From: Macrostomum hystrix
Taxonomy: Eukaryota; Animalia; Platyhelminthes
Length of the DNA stretch: 64,000 nucleotides
Direction of reading: 5' to 3'
NCBI GenBank assembly: GCA_950097015.1
Contig: CATNEN010000011.1
Coordinates: forward strand, 6,014,001-6,078,000
The stretch's first letter is position 1. Each line of letters opens with the position of its first letter. The position numbers and the translations under genes are program-made. Shown here in pieces: positions 12,201 to 23,759 of this stretch. The notes beneath the pieces are model-generated. The model searched no databases. It saw nothing but the letters and a program-made list of their open reading frames with translations, and was not told the origin of the DNA.

Positions 12201-14403
12201 ATCTTCATCCGCTTCGACGTATCTTCACCCGCTTCGACGTCTCTTCATCCGCTTCGACGTCTCTTCATCCGCTTTGACGTCTCTTCACCCGCTTCGACGT
12301 TTCTTCATCCGCTTCGACGTTTCTTCACCCGCTTCGACGTCTCTTCATCCGCTTCGACGTCTCTTCATCCGCTTTGACGTCTCGTTATCCGCTTCGACGT
12401 CTCTTCACCCGCTTCGACGTCTCTTCATCCGCTTCGACGTCTCTTCATCCGCTTTGACGTCTCTTCACCCGCTTCGACGTTTCTTCATCCGCTTCGACGT
12501 TTCTTCACCCGCTTCGACGTCTCTTCACCCGCTTCGACGTCTCTTCATCCGCTTCGACGTCTCGTTATCCGCTTCGATGTCTCTTCATCCGCTTCGACGT
12601 TGTTTCTTCATCCGCTTCGACATTGCTTCTTCATCCGCTTTGACGTCTCGTTATCCGCTTCGTCGGCTCTTCATCCGCTTCGTCGGCTCTTCATCCGCTT
12701 CGTCGTCTCTTCATCCGCTTCGACGTCTCTTCATCCGCTTTGACGTCTCTTCATCCGCTTTGACGTCTCGTTATCCGCTTCGTCGGCTCTTCATCCGCTT
12801 CGTCGGCTCTTCATCCGCTTCGTCGGCTCTTCATCCGCTTCGTCGGCTCTTCATCCGCTTCGTCGGCTCTTCATCCGCTTCGTCGGCTCTTCATCCGCTT
12901 CGTCGGCTCTTCATCCGCTTCGACGTCTCTTCATCCGCTTTGACGTCTCGTTATCCGCTTCGTCGTCTCTTCATCCGCTTCGACGTCTCTTCATCCGCTT
13001 CGACGTCTCGTTGTCCGCTTCGACGTTGTTTCTTCATCCGTTTCGACATCTCTTCATCCGCTTCTTCGTTTCTTTATCCAGTTCGAAGCATCTTCATCCG
13101 CTTCGACGCCTTTTCATCCACTTCAACGCCTCTTCCTCAGTTTCGACGCCTCTCTTTCCGTTTCGACGTCGCTTTTTTAGTTTCGACACTTCTCATGCCG
13201 GTTGGACCCCTCTTCTGCAGCGTCTGAAGCTCCTGCTTTTGACGTCGCTTCTTGTGAATCAAATTGTTAATAGCTTGTCTGCCATCATGAGCAGAATCGA
13301 TTGCGATTATTGTGACTTTAGTAAATCAGCAGCTTGTGATTCGATCTCGTAGGTGATGGGACTCGGCATCACCTCCAAGAAGCGTACAGTTCGCGTCACC
13401 TACAAGGCCAACGTGTCGCAGAAGTACGAACGCTCGGACCTGACAATCTACCAGGAGGTCGCCAGGGTGCCACCGTTTCGCCGATCTCTGGTGCTTCTTC
13501 TAGGAGCCCCGGGCATCGGGAAATACTCGCTGATTGATCACCTGATCAGGTAAGAATTCAATAGCGTGTTACGCAACATAACCTTTGAAGCTTGACGTCA
13601 GTATATGTTGCTTAAATCACACCACAACCAACAGACAACACCCTGAGAGCTACGCCAGGCCCATACCCCACACCAGCCGGCCTCCAAGAGACGGTGAAGT
13701 GAACGGTGAGAGGTACTTATTCGCTGGTCGGCCAGAGATGGAGGTTGACATCAGGCGAGGCGGATACATGCAGTACGGAGAGCTCAACGGACAACTCTAC
13801 GGCATCAAGGTGGACACACTGCGGTCCATGGCCAAACAGGTGAGCCATGAGATTGCTAAAGGATTGTTAATGTAGCCTCATGAACAGAATGGATTGCTAA
13901 TCTAGCCTTTTCTGCCGTTCCTGCCACAGGAACGCACTCTCATTGTGGACTGCCCGCCAGACAAGGCGCGAATAGTTTGCACCGCGGAGTTCAAGCCGTT
14001 TGTGGTGTTTGTTGCAGCTCCCAGCTTTGACTGCATGAAGTCGATGTACGAACTGGGCTCCTCATTGGGCCTGACTAACAAGCTCAAGCGGGTGAGAAAC
14101 TGCGTCCTTGCCTCCCTTCTTAACTGATGGGATTCTAGAGAATGGATTTGTGTGGGACTGGTGTGATTCTACAGAACGGATGTGTACACTGTTGGTATAG
14201 ATTTTCATCTCATTCCTTGCCCGCAGGACGAAGACTTCCGCCGCTCCATCCAGGAGTCAGTCCGTATCGAGCGGTCTTATCGGCACCTGTTTGACGCAGT
14301 ACTAATCTGTGACAACTTCGAGGCCTGCTACGAACAGCTGGAAGCTCTGCTGGACTCGCTGAACAAGGAGCACCAGTGGCTGCCAGTGAGCTGGCTATAT
14401 TAG
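9267..14403 (+). CDS. p55-subfamily MAGUK (L27-PDZ-SH3-HOOK-GuK), MPP2/MPP6(PALS2)-like
   Basis: Exons 9267-9662, 10287-10592, 10744-11016, 11509-11754, 13353-13549, 13635-13839, 13930-14091 and 14227-14403 splice in frame. Motifs: PDZ GEDLGITV; SH3 YVKALFSYDP...EDPNWWQA...GLIPS; GuK IYQEVARVPPFRR...PHTSRPPR; C-terminal QWLPVSWLY. Confidence 0.93.
9938..10270 (+). mobile_element. tRNA-derived SINE, family A
   Basis: Highly similar to 1612-1921; (att)n-like tail; lies in MAGUK intron 1. Confidence 0.8.
11765..13180. repeat. Intronic CpG-rich minisatellite of about 20 bp (tcttcatccgcttcgacgtc)
   Basis: About 70 units filling MAGUK intron 11755-13352. Confidence 0.95.
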
Positions 14404-15761
14404 GACCATTAATAAAGTCTACCCAAACATATTGCGCTTGATAACTTTGATAACTTAAGTTTTTCAGACGAATCAGAGTTATGCCTATTGGTTTGCGTTG
14501 ACTATTACGCATGCAGAAGTTCGTAGCTATATAAAGCATGGTTGTTTTTAAACGGCCCAATTTAGGACCACAAAATAGTCTTCGCGTGTTAACTAACTGC
14601 GCATGTTAGTTAAGTTTGTGTTTTCTAAACTTTTCGCTTTTTATGCCCATAGAAATTATACCAGGCTACTTTTTAGTCTGATATAATTTTTTATATCGAA
14701 TTCTTTTTCGATTTTGTTAAAATCTGATTACAAAGTGATTTTCTCAACCTATTAACGGAGTCTTTGTTTTAATTTATTACATAGCTTAACTTAAAGATAT
14801 CCATTTAATTTTGTATTTTACTAAGATTTTCGTGGCTTCAATCAATTACGAATCCGTGCAATTTATTGTTTTGGTGCTTTTAAAACCCGAGTTGCAATAC
14901 TTTTTTCTAGTTTATTAGAAATTACCTTTTAACGTTTGGAGTCTTGACATACAATTAAACACCTTCCAAGGTCAAATGCTCACCCTTTGCTTTAAATTTT
15001 TGAAAAAACTATGAATGAAAATATGGAAGGCTTTTTATTTTTTTGCTAATTTAATTCGACTGCAGTCCTTCACTAAAATTGCTCTAAATATGTGCACACT
15101 GAAGGTAAGACTAAAACCAAAATCTCGTGTAACCGAGAATTGGCTGTTAGCGTTTTTATGGAAATTACGCAATATAATTTTTTCCTGAGTATTTAGGAGT
15201 GATACACATGTCCTAATCACACTACTGACAGTGGCAGTAATAGGATGTTCCATCACCCCCGCTCCTGACCGCATGGGTGGGTGTACAGACACAGGCTCGG
15301 ATTCACATAACGCACGCCATAATTCGCACATAACGAATTAGATTCACGAACTATATTCAAGAAGGGTCTGTTGTCTATGGTAGAAATCATAGCTTAAAGT
15401 CGTATTCTTGCCTAAAAGCTACAAATCGATTATGTTCCATGCTGTTTTTATAATCAGTTAAAGCTTAGTCTATGGTCCAAAAGGACAAAAGCATTAGATT
15501 CTTAGACCTAGACACAAATTAACTGATTTACAAAGCAGTCCAGCATTTGCTATCTAAATGACAAACTCAATGCAGTACATGATTGACAGGCAGTTTGAGG
15601 TTTACTTTCAGGAGCTGTTATAGTCCAACCCAGTCCATTTATTACATTTCCATATCTCTTTGTCAGTGTACAATGACTGAGCGGGGTCGCACAAAAAATA
15701 ATATCTTGGAAATAATTGCTGTAACATCTTCGCAAAAGACCGCGGAGCTCAAGCTTGGTGG

Positions 15762-16050
15762 CAAAGGAGGAGGCAATTCTGCACGTTTCGCTGACTCCTG
15801 AGCACACACGCACACAGATAGCGTGCCTACCGTAGCGTGCTTAGCTCAGGCACACACTCACACCGAAGTGTACATCTGCCCTGACTTTCTCATCGTCAGG
15901 CAGTGTACACTCTCATTGTGCCTAGGAGGTAAGTCCTCAAGGGCGCAAATGGCACGACAAGTCCACAAGTCTTCTCTCGGCGGTTGTACCCTAAATGAAT
16001 GTGGCCTCGCCGCGGATTCGAGCTCAAGGACTTTGACGCGAGAGGCAAAT
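15762..16050 (-). mobile_element. tRNA-derived SINE, family A, 5' head partly lost
   Basis: Reverse complement matches the SINE A body (gagctcgaatccgcggcgaggccacattc...gatgagaaagtcagggcagatgtacac...gcagaattgcctcct). Confidence 0.8.
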
Positions 16051-16683
16051 AAATTTTCCAAAGTCCATACCTTCATTGAGCATATATTTTCAGCACCCAA
16101 CCTGAAATCAAATCATAGTCTAAGTTATTCTTCGTCTCAAAGTGCAATTTAAGGCTAGCAGACTTCAGACTCAGATTGAGCTCACTAAAATCTGTTTTTC
16201 CTGAAATGTAAATATATATTTCAGCATCTGGTGCTTTGATGAGGGACAAATATAGATTGACAAGATTGACATAGAAACTAAAAGTAAGCGACCCTCAAAA
16301 TCTCTTAGAAGGCGGAATCGCGAGTAAGAAGCGAAGTAAGTCTTCACATTTGAGTGATAAATCGATATTTTTCACCTGCAGCTTGTATTCCTGGGGGTGG
16401 GAACAAGTTCTTTGGATGCCACCATGTTTTCTGAAAGCATCGACCTACTGAAGTGAGACTTCTGCAAAAAATTGTCTAGCGCGATATTAGTTTAGATGTC
16501 AGGGGCCCCAAGAGTCAGAAAAAACATGAAAAGAAAGCGAGAAACTACAGCTGAAAAGACGTCTCAGTGCATTCCTTTCTATTCATCAGAGACATCTTTC
16601 AGAATAATTATTTCACATTTTTTGCAAAAGCAGAGGTCAAATGAATAGCAGCATACAGAGTAGTTTCCTTGAAGGTGAGTCCC

Positions 16684-17586
16684 CTAGGCTGCAAAAACCA
16701 GCAAATATTCAGCAGGTGCGCGATGGCTGCCCCAGTGTCCCATTGGCAAGTTGTACAGAATGCCTGGCAGGGCGGGGACGCGAGCCCAAGCGCAGATGTC
16801 TGACGCATACTCCACCACAACCAGCAGGCCAATGTCCCCTGGACAGTCCTGATGTTTGGTGGAGATGTAGAAGCTCCTATCAGCAATGTTGGCGGCAATC
16901 TCTCCGTTGATGCTGAAGTAGTTGAAGGTCCTGCTGGAGAGGCCGAGGTCCGGCTCGCTGCTGAGCACCGCGGCCTTGCTGAACCAACCGCTGCCGAAGC
17001 TGGCGTCGAACACAATCCTGAGCAGTCGGGCGCCGGAAGAAGACAGCAGCTCGAGGACCAGCTGACGTCGAGGCATCAGCTCAGCCAGGTGCACGAGCTG
17101 GTCCAGTCGATCGATCCAGCACGATCGATAGTTGCTCACCTGAGGCGCGGAGTCCGACCACACCAGGAGGAAGTTTCCAGCGCCGCAGTTGGTCGAAGCT
17201 GTCGAGTACAAAGACCTGGCTGAGACTCCTGAGCCGGACTTGATTGAGAACAGGGCTAGTCTTGGCACTCCGTGGCGCGAGCTGGCGTAGAACTTCACCG
17301 CCAGGTGTGAGGAGTAGTTGCCGAAGACAGGCTGCTGCAGCAGCTTGCAGGTATTTGAGCTCTCGGCAAACATGGCTATTGTGGCATGAGATGAGTCAGT
17401 GGATTCTCGGGCCAGAGATGCTACGCAGGTGATTGGGGATTTGCCCGAGAGCTCCTTGACAGAAGCTGATTCCACAGACACCTTAGGCAGCTGCAGCAGC
17501 GTCATCTCCAGTCCAGCTGATGCTTCAAACTCGAATGCGATCAACAGTATTTGTACCTTTATCCACGCTAATATAGCTGCTTGCAT
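16684..17586 (-). CDS. Single-exon putative secreted protein: signal peptide, PAN/Apple-like segment, unassigned C-terminal domain
   Basis: 300-aa ORF with aaaATG context and a hydrophobic N-terminus (MQAAILAWIKVQILLIAFEFEASAG); non-repetitive, globular-looking composition. Domain calls are by eye. Confidence 0.65.
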   Translation of the reverse strand: MQAAILAWIKVQILLIAFEFEASAGLEMTLLQLPKVSVESASVKELSGKSPITCVASLARESTDSSHATIAMFAESSNTCKLLQQPVFGNYSSHLAVKFYASSRHGVPRLALFSIKSGSGVSARSLYSTASTNCGAGNFLLVWSDSAPQVSNYRSCWIDRLDQLVHLAELMPRRQLVLELLSSSGARLLRIVFDASFGSGWFSKAAVLSSEPDLGLSSRTFNYFSINGEIAANIADRSFYISTKHQDCPGDIGLLVVVEYASDICAWARVPALPGILYNLPMGHWGSHRAPAEYLLVFAA

Positions 17587-17829
17587 TTTAGTTCTCTTCT
17601 TAGTGAATTCCTATGAGAACCAAATAAAGCAACAAAAAAATTAACAACTAATGCGGACCCGTGGGTTAAAACCTCACGAGGCTTTTGAATTCAGCCTTGT
17701 CATTGCCTGTTTCTATTTTAAGTTGCACCTAAGCGCCTTACGTTGCATTGGTTGCAGCAGCAAATTTTGTGGAACAGGTTTTTACCTGACGTTTTCCAAT
17801 TTAATCACAAGCTGAACATCGAGTGGAGA

Positions 17830-18070
17830 TCTGCAACATGCGCACCAAACATGCTTAGCCCTCACATGTACACACTCGCACAGAGAGTGTGTACCATCGC
17901 CAGGTAGTGTACACTTTTATTGTGCCAATAGGGGGTTATAGCCCAGTGATGGCGTATATTGTACGATGCCTTCTCTCCACGACTGGACCCCAAAGGAAAT
18001 TTGGTCCTTGTCGCGGATTCGAGCTCAGGAACATTCAGTGCAGTGACTACAGTACAGCGCAGTCAGCTAT
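17830..18070 (-). mobile_element. Diverged SINE family A copy
   Basis: Reverse complement contains cctgagctcgaatccgcgacaagg...gtggagagaagg...gtgtacacta, collinear with the other copies. Confidence 0.6.
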
Positions 18071-18612
18071 TGTGTGACTGCAGCCGTGAACAGGCTGTGA
18101 ACGGGCTTGTGCGCACGAGCCAAGGAATAAATCATGTGACTCGTGTCCTTGAAGAAGAAATAATAATTGTTAAAAACAAGTACTTATACACGTATATTTT
18201 CCGTTTCCATATCATTTCAGCGCATACACTTATAGCATATAACTAATGTGATTAATTGGTGACTCCTGTAGTTTGTAAAATATGGAGTCCTTTTTACAAT
18301 GGGATATTTCTGTGAGGTCCGGCGTACTAAAATTACTTTCAGCTCCTGTTTCTAAAAATTGTTTTAGAGCATTGGATTACTAATTGTAATCCAAAAATAT
18401 ATTCTTTACTAGTATTTAGTTCTGTACATTACCAACACAACGCTTAATGAGCTCCGCTCCTAGATGAAAAGTACAAGGCTATTGTAACAAGAATATTTAG
18501 CGAAAGCTTCTAGATCTAGAAATCGGCAAAAATACAAAATATATATTTAATTCAGATCGTTTGTCCACTCAGATTGTCTTGCTTGGAAATCAGTCCTGAT
18601 TCGCAATTCCGT

Positions 18613-19647
18613 TTATGTCGTACCCTCAACGCGCGACCCGGACCCGTAGACGCCGCTGTCGCTGGTGCCCGAAGGCGAGGCCGCATCTTCGGAGTGAACG
18701 CACGCCAGCTTCTTTGACCCTGTGGCTGCTGTGGGCCGGCTGAAATCTAAGTCGGCATCGTCGATGTAGCAGTAGGTGTGCTGCTCGGCATCGTACACAG
18801 CGTATGTCTGAGGATCGCTGCTAGAAGATTCTGGTCGAGACAGCGACAAAAGTGTCGTAGGCGGTGGCGGCAGTGTCATCTGCGGTGGAGGCGGCAGCGG
18901 AGGCATCTGCGGCATCGGCTGAGGGTCAAGATAGAACCTATGATGCGTCAACTCGGAAGAGCCAGGCTCTGACTCTCCGCTGTCCTCGTCACCGCTCGCC
19001 CCGACGGCGCAGGCGGCGAAGACATGCAGCAGACTGCGCATCGGCTGCACCGAGCGACGATTCCTCTGCCGCTGCAACGACTGCCGCTGCCTCGGCTGTC
19101 CAGCAGATGCTGCCGCTGTTGTTGCTGCTGGTGTCGACGTCGAAGGAGGTGGCAGCGACGGCGACGGTTGCTGAGGCAGGAAAGAGAACTGACCCGCCAC
19201 CGTCGGTGTGCTTGGCACCGAGGCATGCCGCCCGACTGACAGTTTTTGAGACACCCGACGAGCACTTTTTGGAGTTAGAGAGGCCGCGTCTTCTTCAAAA
19301 CTGACTGCAGCAGCTTGACTGGCTGCAAAAATCGGACTGCCAGGCAGCTGCGCCGGTGGAGCTTGCGCTTGCGAAGTTGTTGTGGTCATTGTCGTAGTCT
19401 TGATGGTCATGGTAGTTGAAGCAGTGCCAGCTGTGGCCGCTGTAGCGAGAATCAGCTGAGTCGGCGGAGGGGTCTGGGACGGCTCCGAGTCCGGCCCAGG
19501 TGAGGAAGCGCCCGAGCGCACCTGCTTCTGCTCCTCAATCCAGCTGGAGAGAATGGCTGCGGCTTCCTGCTTCTCTAGTGCGCCTGTTCGCGTGGCCGAT
19601 TCCAGCAAGTCAACGACCACACTGGCTCTGTGCGGGTCAAAGCTCAT
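18613..19647 (-). CDS. Uncharacterised low-complexity (S/T/P/Q-rich) protein or exon
   Basis: 344-aa GC-rich ORF with an ATG start and no tandem repeat; no family recognised. Confidence 0.5.
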   Translation of the reverse strand: MSFDPHRASVVVDLLESATRTGALEKQEAAAILSSWIEEQKQVRSGASSPGPDSEPSQTPPPTQLILATAATAGTASTTMTIKTTTMTTTTSQAQAPPAQLPGSPIFAASQAAAVSFEEDAASLTPKSARRVSQKLSVGRHASVPSTPTVAGQFSFLPQQPSPSLPPPSTSTPAATTAAASAGQPRQRQSLQRQRNRRSVQPMRSLLHVFAACAVGASGDEDSGESEPGSSELTHHRFYLDPQPMPQMPPLPPPPQMTLPPPPTTLLSLSRPESSSSDPQTYAVYDAEQHTYCYIDDADLDFSRPTAATGSKKLACVHSEDAASPSGTSDSGVYGSGSRVEGTT

Positions 19648-20511
19648 TGTGATACTCGAGCTCGAGCTTCAGCTTCACTGTCTGTCTAATCTTTCTGCTG
19701 ACACAATAGCCGACTGGTTCTCATGCAGAGATGCTCAATTTATCCTCGATGGCCTCAAGAAGGAACCGGTCTAGAGGAGTGAGGTCACTCACTGCTGCCC
19801 CACGGCCAGAGTTTTGGTTCGCTCAATTTTGGTGACTGGGGAGGTTGAGGTGGACATTGAAACTGGTTTCCTGAGTGTGCTCGTCACGCTTATCTGCAGC
19901 AACACCGCAGCCAAAATCGTTTGTGTTCTTTAACCAATGACACCTTGAGTGTATCACCGAGTAGTATGTGTGTCTCTCGTGGATTCGAGGGTCAGATAGC
20001 AGTCAATCTGTGGCAATTGTTTAGAGCTGCTCGGTTGAGGTGGAAGAAAAAACTGCATTGCGTCCTGCCTTGGGGAGACAACGACTGAGATATGCTCGCC
20101 TGAGAGCGTCCAATTTGAACGCGAGGACTTGTGTGACAGCACACCTGCGTATCACCGAATTACGAGCTATAGTTGTTTGTCTGGAACGAGCTGAAATTAG
20201 GCCGTGAAACTGTTAATTGTAGTGGGGTGGCTGCATTACTAGCATTCGGCATAGGTAACTTAAAAAAGCATTTAACGGTAGAAAGACACGCTATTTTCCC
20301 ACTGGGGGGAAGACAACGAGGTATTTCAAATACAAACCGCCTACTTCACGATAGTTCCCAAAACTTTCAAAACCTATAATTAATAACTAATATAATGATA
20401 ACATAACTAATAATGATTATTTAAACATTTAGGGAGATACGAGTACGAAAAGAAAAAATGTGGGTATTTTAGATAACGCCAGTACTCTCTCTGCTGTTAA
20501 CAGTGAGAGAG

Positions 20512-21418
20512 GAGAGATGAGACAGGGGAGAGATGAGACAGGGGAGAGATGAGACAGGCGAGAGATGAGACAGGGGAGAGATGAGACAGGGGAGAGATGA
20601 GACAGGGGAGAGATGAGACAGGGGAGAGATGAGACAGGGGAGAGATGAGACAGGGGAGAGATGAGACAGGGGAGAGATGAGACAGGCGAGAGATGAGACA
20701 GGGGAGAGATGAGACAGGGGAGAGATGAGACAGGGGAGAGATGAGACAGGGGAGAGATGAGACAGGGGAGAGATGAGACAGGGGAGAGATGAGACAGGGG
20801 AGGGATTCGACAGGCGAGAGATGAGACAGGGGAGAGATGAGACAGGGGAGGGATGCGACAGGCGAGAGATGAGACAGGGGAGTGATGAGACAGGGGAGAG
20901 ATGAGACAGGGGAGAGATGAGACGGGAGAGATGAGACGGGGGAGAGATGAGACAGGGGAGGGATTCGACAGGCGAGAGATGAGACAGGCGAGAGATGAGA
21001 CAGGGGAGGGATGAGACAGGGGAGAGATGAGACAGGGGAGAGATGAGACAGGGGAGAGATGAGACAGGGGAGAGATGAGACAGGGGAGAGATGAGACAGG
21101 GGAGAGAGGAGACAGGGGAGAGATGAGACAGGCGAGAGATGAGACAGGGGAGAGATGAGACAGGGGAGAGATGAGACAGGGGAGAGATGAGACAGGGGAG
21201 AGATGAGACAGGGGAGAGATGAGACAGGGGAGAGATGAGACAGGCGAGAGATGAGACAGGGGAGAGATGAGACAGGGGAGAGATGAGACAGGGGAGAGAT
21301 GAGACAGGGGAGAGATGAGACAGGGGAGAGATGAGACAGGGGAGAGATGAGACAGGGGAGAGATGAGACAGGGGAGAGATGAGACAGGGGAGAGATGAGA
21401 CAGGGGAGAGATGAAACG
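20512..21418. repeat. Polypurine 16-bp minisatellite (gagatgagacagggga)
   Basis: About 56 units; explains spurious ORFs 20429..21445 and 20497..21549. Confidence 0.95.
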
Positions 21419-21934
21419 GTGAGATAAGGTGAGAAAAAAGTCCATTTTAAATGAAGCTTGTAATAAAACCCGCAGAACATTTTTCCATTTGAAGCCTTCC
21501 TAAAAAGTAAAATATTCGCACAAGACTGCCTCATGAATACGATTAGCAAAGAATATTAAACTCGTATGAAAGTATAAAACACTTCACACTGGACAGAAAA
21601 GAGATTGTATTTAATAGTTTCTTTAAAAAAAGCACGGTCACCCTACCCTGTACGCAAGCTGCCTTTAGAAAGGGGGGAGAGAGGAGGGCTTCCAATGTAC
21701 ACTGTCTCCGGCAATGTACATTAAGCTTGAGCGGTGTAGGAAAAGAGAGAGAAAAATGGCTGCTAGAATGAAACTAGGAACTAAACAGGTCAGAGGCAGA
21801 CAATCTACAATATCAGGGTGGAAAGCTGCATACCAATTAAAAGCTTTTCAATTATTTCTGCAGTGAAATTGCAGTTGGCAAAAGAAACTGCTTGATAGAT
21901 TAGTATCGACAGAAACTAATAAGCAGTAGTCAGC

Positions 21935-23759
21935 ATGTCCGAGCAGAGAAGATCTAGCGCTGGCGGTAAAGTGACCATCTTGAACTCGGGCGAGCCCGCG
22001 CTGAGCCAGCAGGTCGCGGCTCAGGCCACCGAGGCGGCAGCGGCGGCGACAACTTCCGGCACAAGCGGCAGTGCTAGAAACTCCAGCAGCAGAAGAAAAG
22101 TTGCCACTAACCTGGAAAGATCGTTTGTTGATCCTGGCGCTGGGTCATCTAGGCAGGCTCAGCAGTCCCAGCAGCAGCAGCAGCAGAGGCCAGTGCTCAA
22201 GGCCGGTAAAGCGGTAGCCAGCGCCCCAACGCCGCTGCAGCCGCGTCCTCTGACTGAGCTTGAAAAGGCATTCGCCGAGCGAAGCGTTCAAGACCAGCGC
22301 TGGCTGCTGAGCTTCCCGCTAGCTCTGAAGCAGTTGTACTTTAGCTTCGCCGAGTCAACCAATCACGAGCAGACACTGACGGTGCTGATCAACCGGTTTC
22401 CGGAGCTGCTAGCCGGCAATGAGCAGCACCCGTCAGCCATTCAGCTGGCCATCGAGCGGGCAAACTGGACGCCCGCGAAGCAGTTCATCGGCGCCTGCGT
22501 CAAAGGAGGAGAGGTGGGTGCGGGCAACGGCAAGATTATTTCCTGGAAAAATCAAAACGAAAATTTATTTAGGATTCGCTTTGGCTACTAAATATGCGAT
22601 ACTGTCTACTCCATAGTATCCTCAAGTAGGCGAGAAGTTTATAGTTGCTGATTAAAGCAAAGATGTTGCGAAACTTAGTTTATCTTCCTCCTTTAAATCA
22701 AATCTTATCACACCCTCCACATCATTTCATCAACTCTCCGGCTCCACTACAATCTTCCCCAATCCATCCCAATCTTCCCCAATCGATCCCAATCTTCCCC
22801 AATCCATCCCAGTCTTCCCCAATGCATCCCAGTCCCCAATCCATTCCAGTCTTCCCCAATCCATCCCAATCTTCCCCAATCCATCCCAGTCTTCCCCAAT
22901 CCATCCCAATCTTCCCCAATCCATCCCAATCTTCCCCAATCCATCCCAATCTTCCCCAATCCATCCCAGTCTTCCCGACTCCTCCGTCAGACACATTTGT
23001 AGCATCCAGCGCCCATTAACCCCTCAGACGTACATCAGACTGCTCACTCAGCGCTGCTCAGGGCCCGAGAGCCAAACCTTCCTCATTCAAGCGGTGCAGC
23101 GAGCCGGCCAAGACGACATCGCGGATGTAGGCCCCGCTAAAGAGGTGATTCTAATTCTCGCCAAAGAGTGCCCGGAGCTGCTGGCGACCGCCGACTTGTC
23201 CGGACGGAATCCGATGCACTATTTTGCGGAGCAGCCGAAACTGTACACCAGCCTGCTGCTGCCGCTGCTCGCCGAACTTCGCCAGCTGGCTTCCGACTCG
23301 CCCAACTTGGCGCGTCGCCTTGGCAACGCTCTGGCCGCAGCCGACAACAAAGGCAACAGACCAATCGACCTGTTGCAACCGACGGTGGCGAATGAGGCGA
23401 CGACGGTGCGCGACACCCTGCAGAAGCTGATGTCGGAGCTGCCAGTGGGCCCCGATGATGAGCCCGCAGATGATCCGATGTTGCCACCCCTGCCGGCACC
23501 AGTCGAACCGTTGGCGGGCGAGGCGGCGAGAAAAGCCATTTGCTCAGCCTTGGCTCAGCGACGTAAGGCCGCAGACTTTGTTAGCCTTCTGTCTGAACGT
23601 CTGGGTGACGCAGATCCCAGAATTTTCCTGCTGGGCACCGTCGAACGACCCGAGCAGGTGGCCCTGGATTGGTTCGCTTCGACTAACGCAGACGATGTGA
23701 GACAGGTGCTAACGATTGTTGGACTGCCTGAGTTCTGCGACTTGGTTGACAGACTGTAA
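21935..23759 (+). CDS. Ankyrin-repeat-like protein, two exons, about 436 aa
   Basis: Exon 21935-22513 (gag|gtgggt) splices in frame to 23028-23759 (ccctcag|acg). Ankyrin-like motifs: PSAIQLAIERANW, ADLSGRNPMHYFAE, ADNKGNRPIDLL. Confidence 0.65.
22745..22978. repeat. C-rich intronic 20-bp minisatellite (tcttccccaatccatcccaa)
   Basis: About 11 units in the ankyrin-gene intron. Confidence 0.9.

Noticed and set aside
11410-13227. 605-aa ORF as a stand-alone gene
   Set aside because: It is a composite of intron, the real SH3 exon and a minisatellite; kept only as a low-interest retention hypothesis.
16465-16485. U7-like Sm site (aattgtctag)
   Set aside because: It does not match AATTTGTCTAG exactly, has no 3' hairpin and no complement to the H4 downstream element.
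20429-21549. 338-aa and 350-aa Ser/Leu/Pro ORFs
   Set aside because: They are translations of the 16-bp polypurine repeat.
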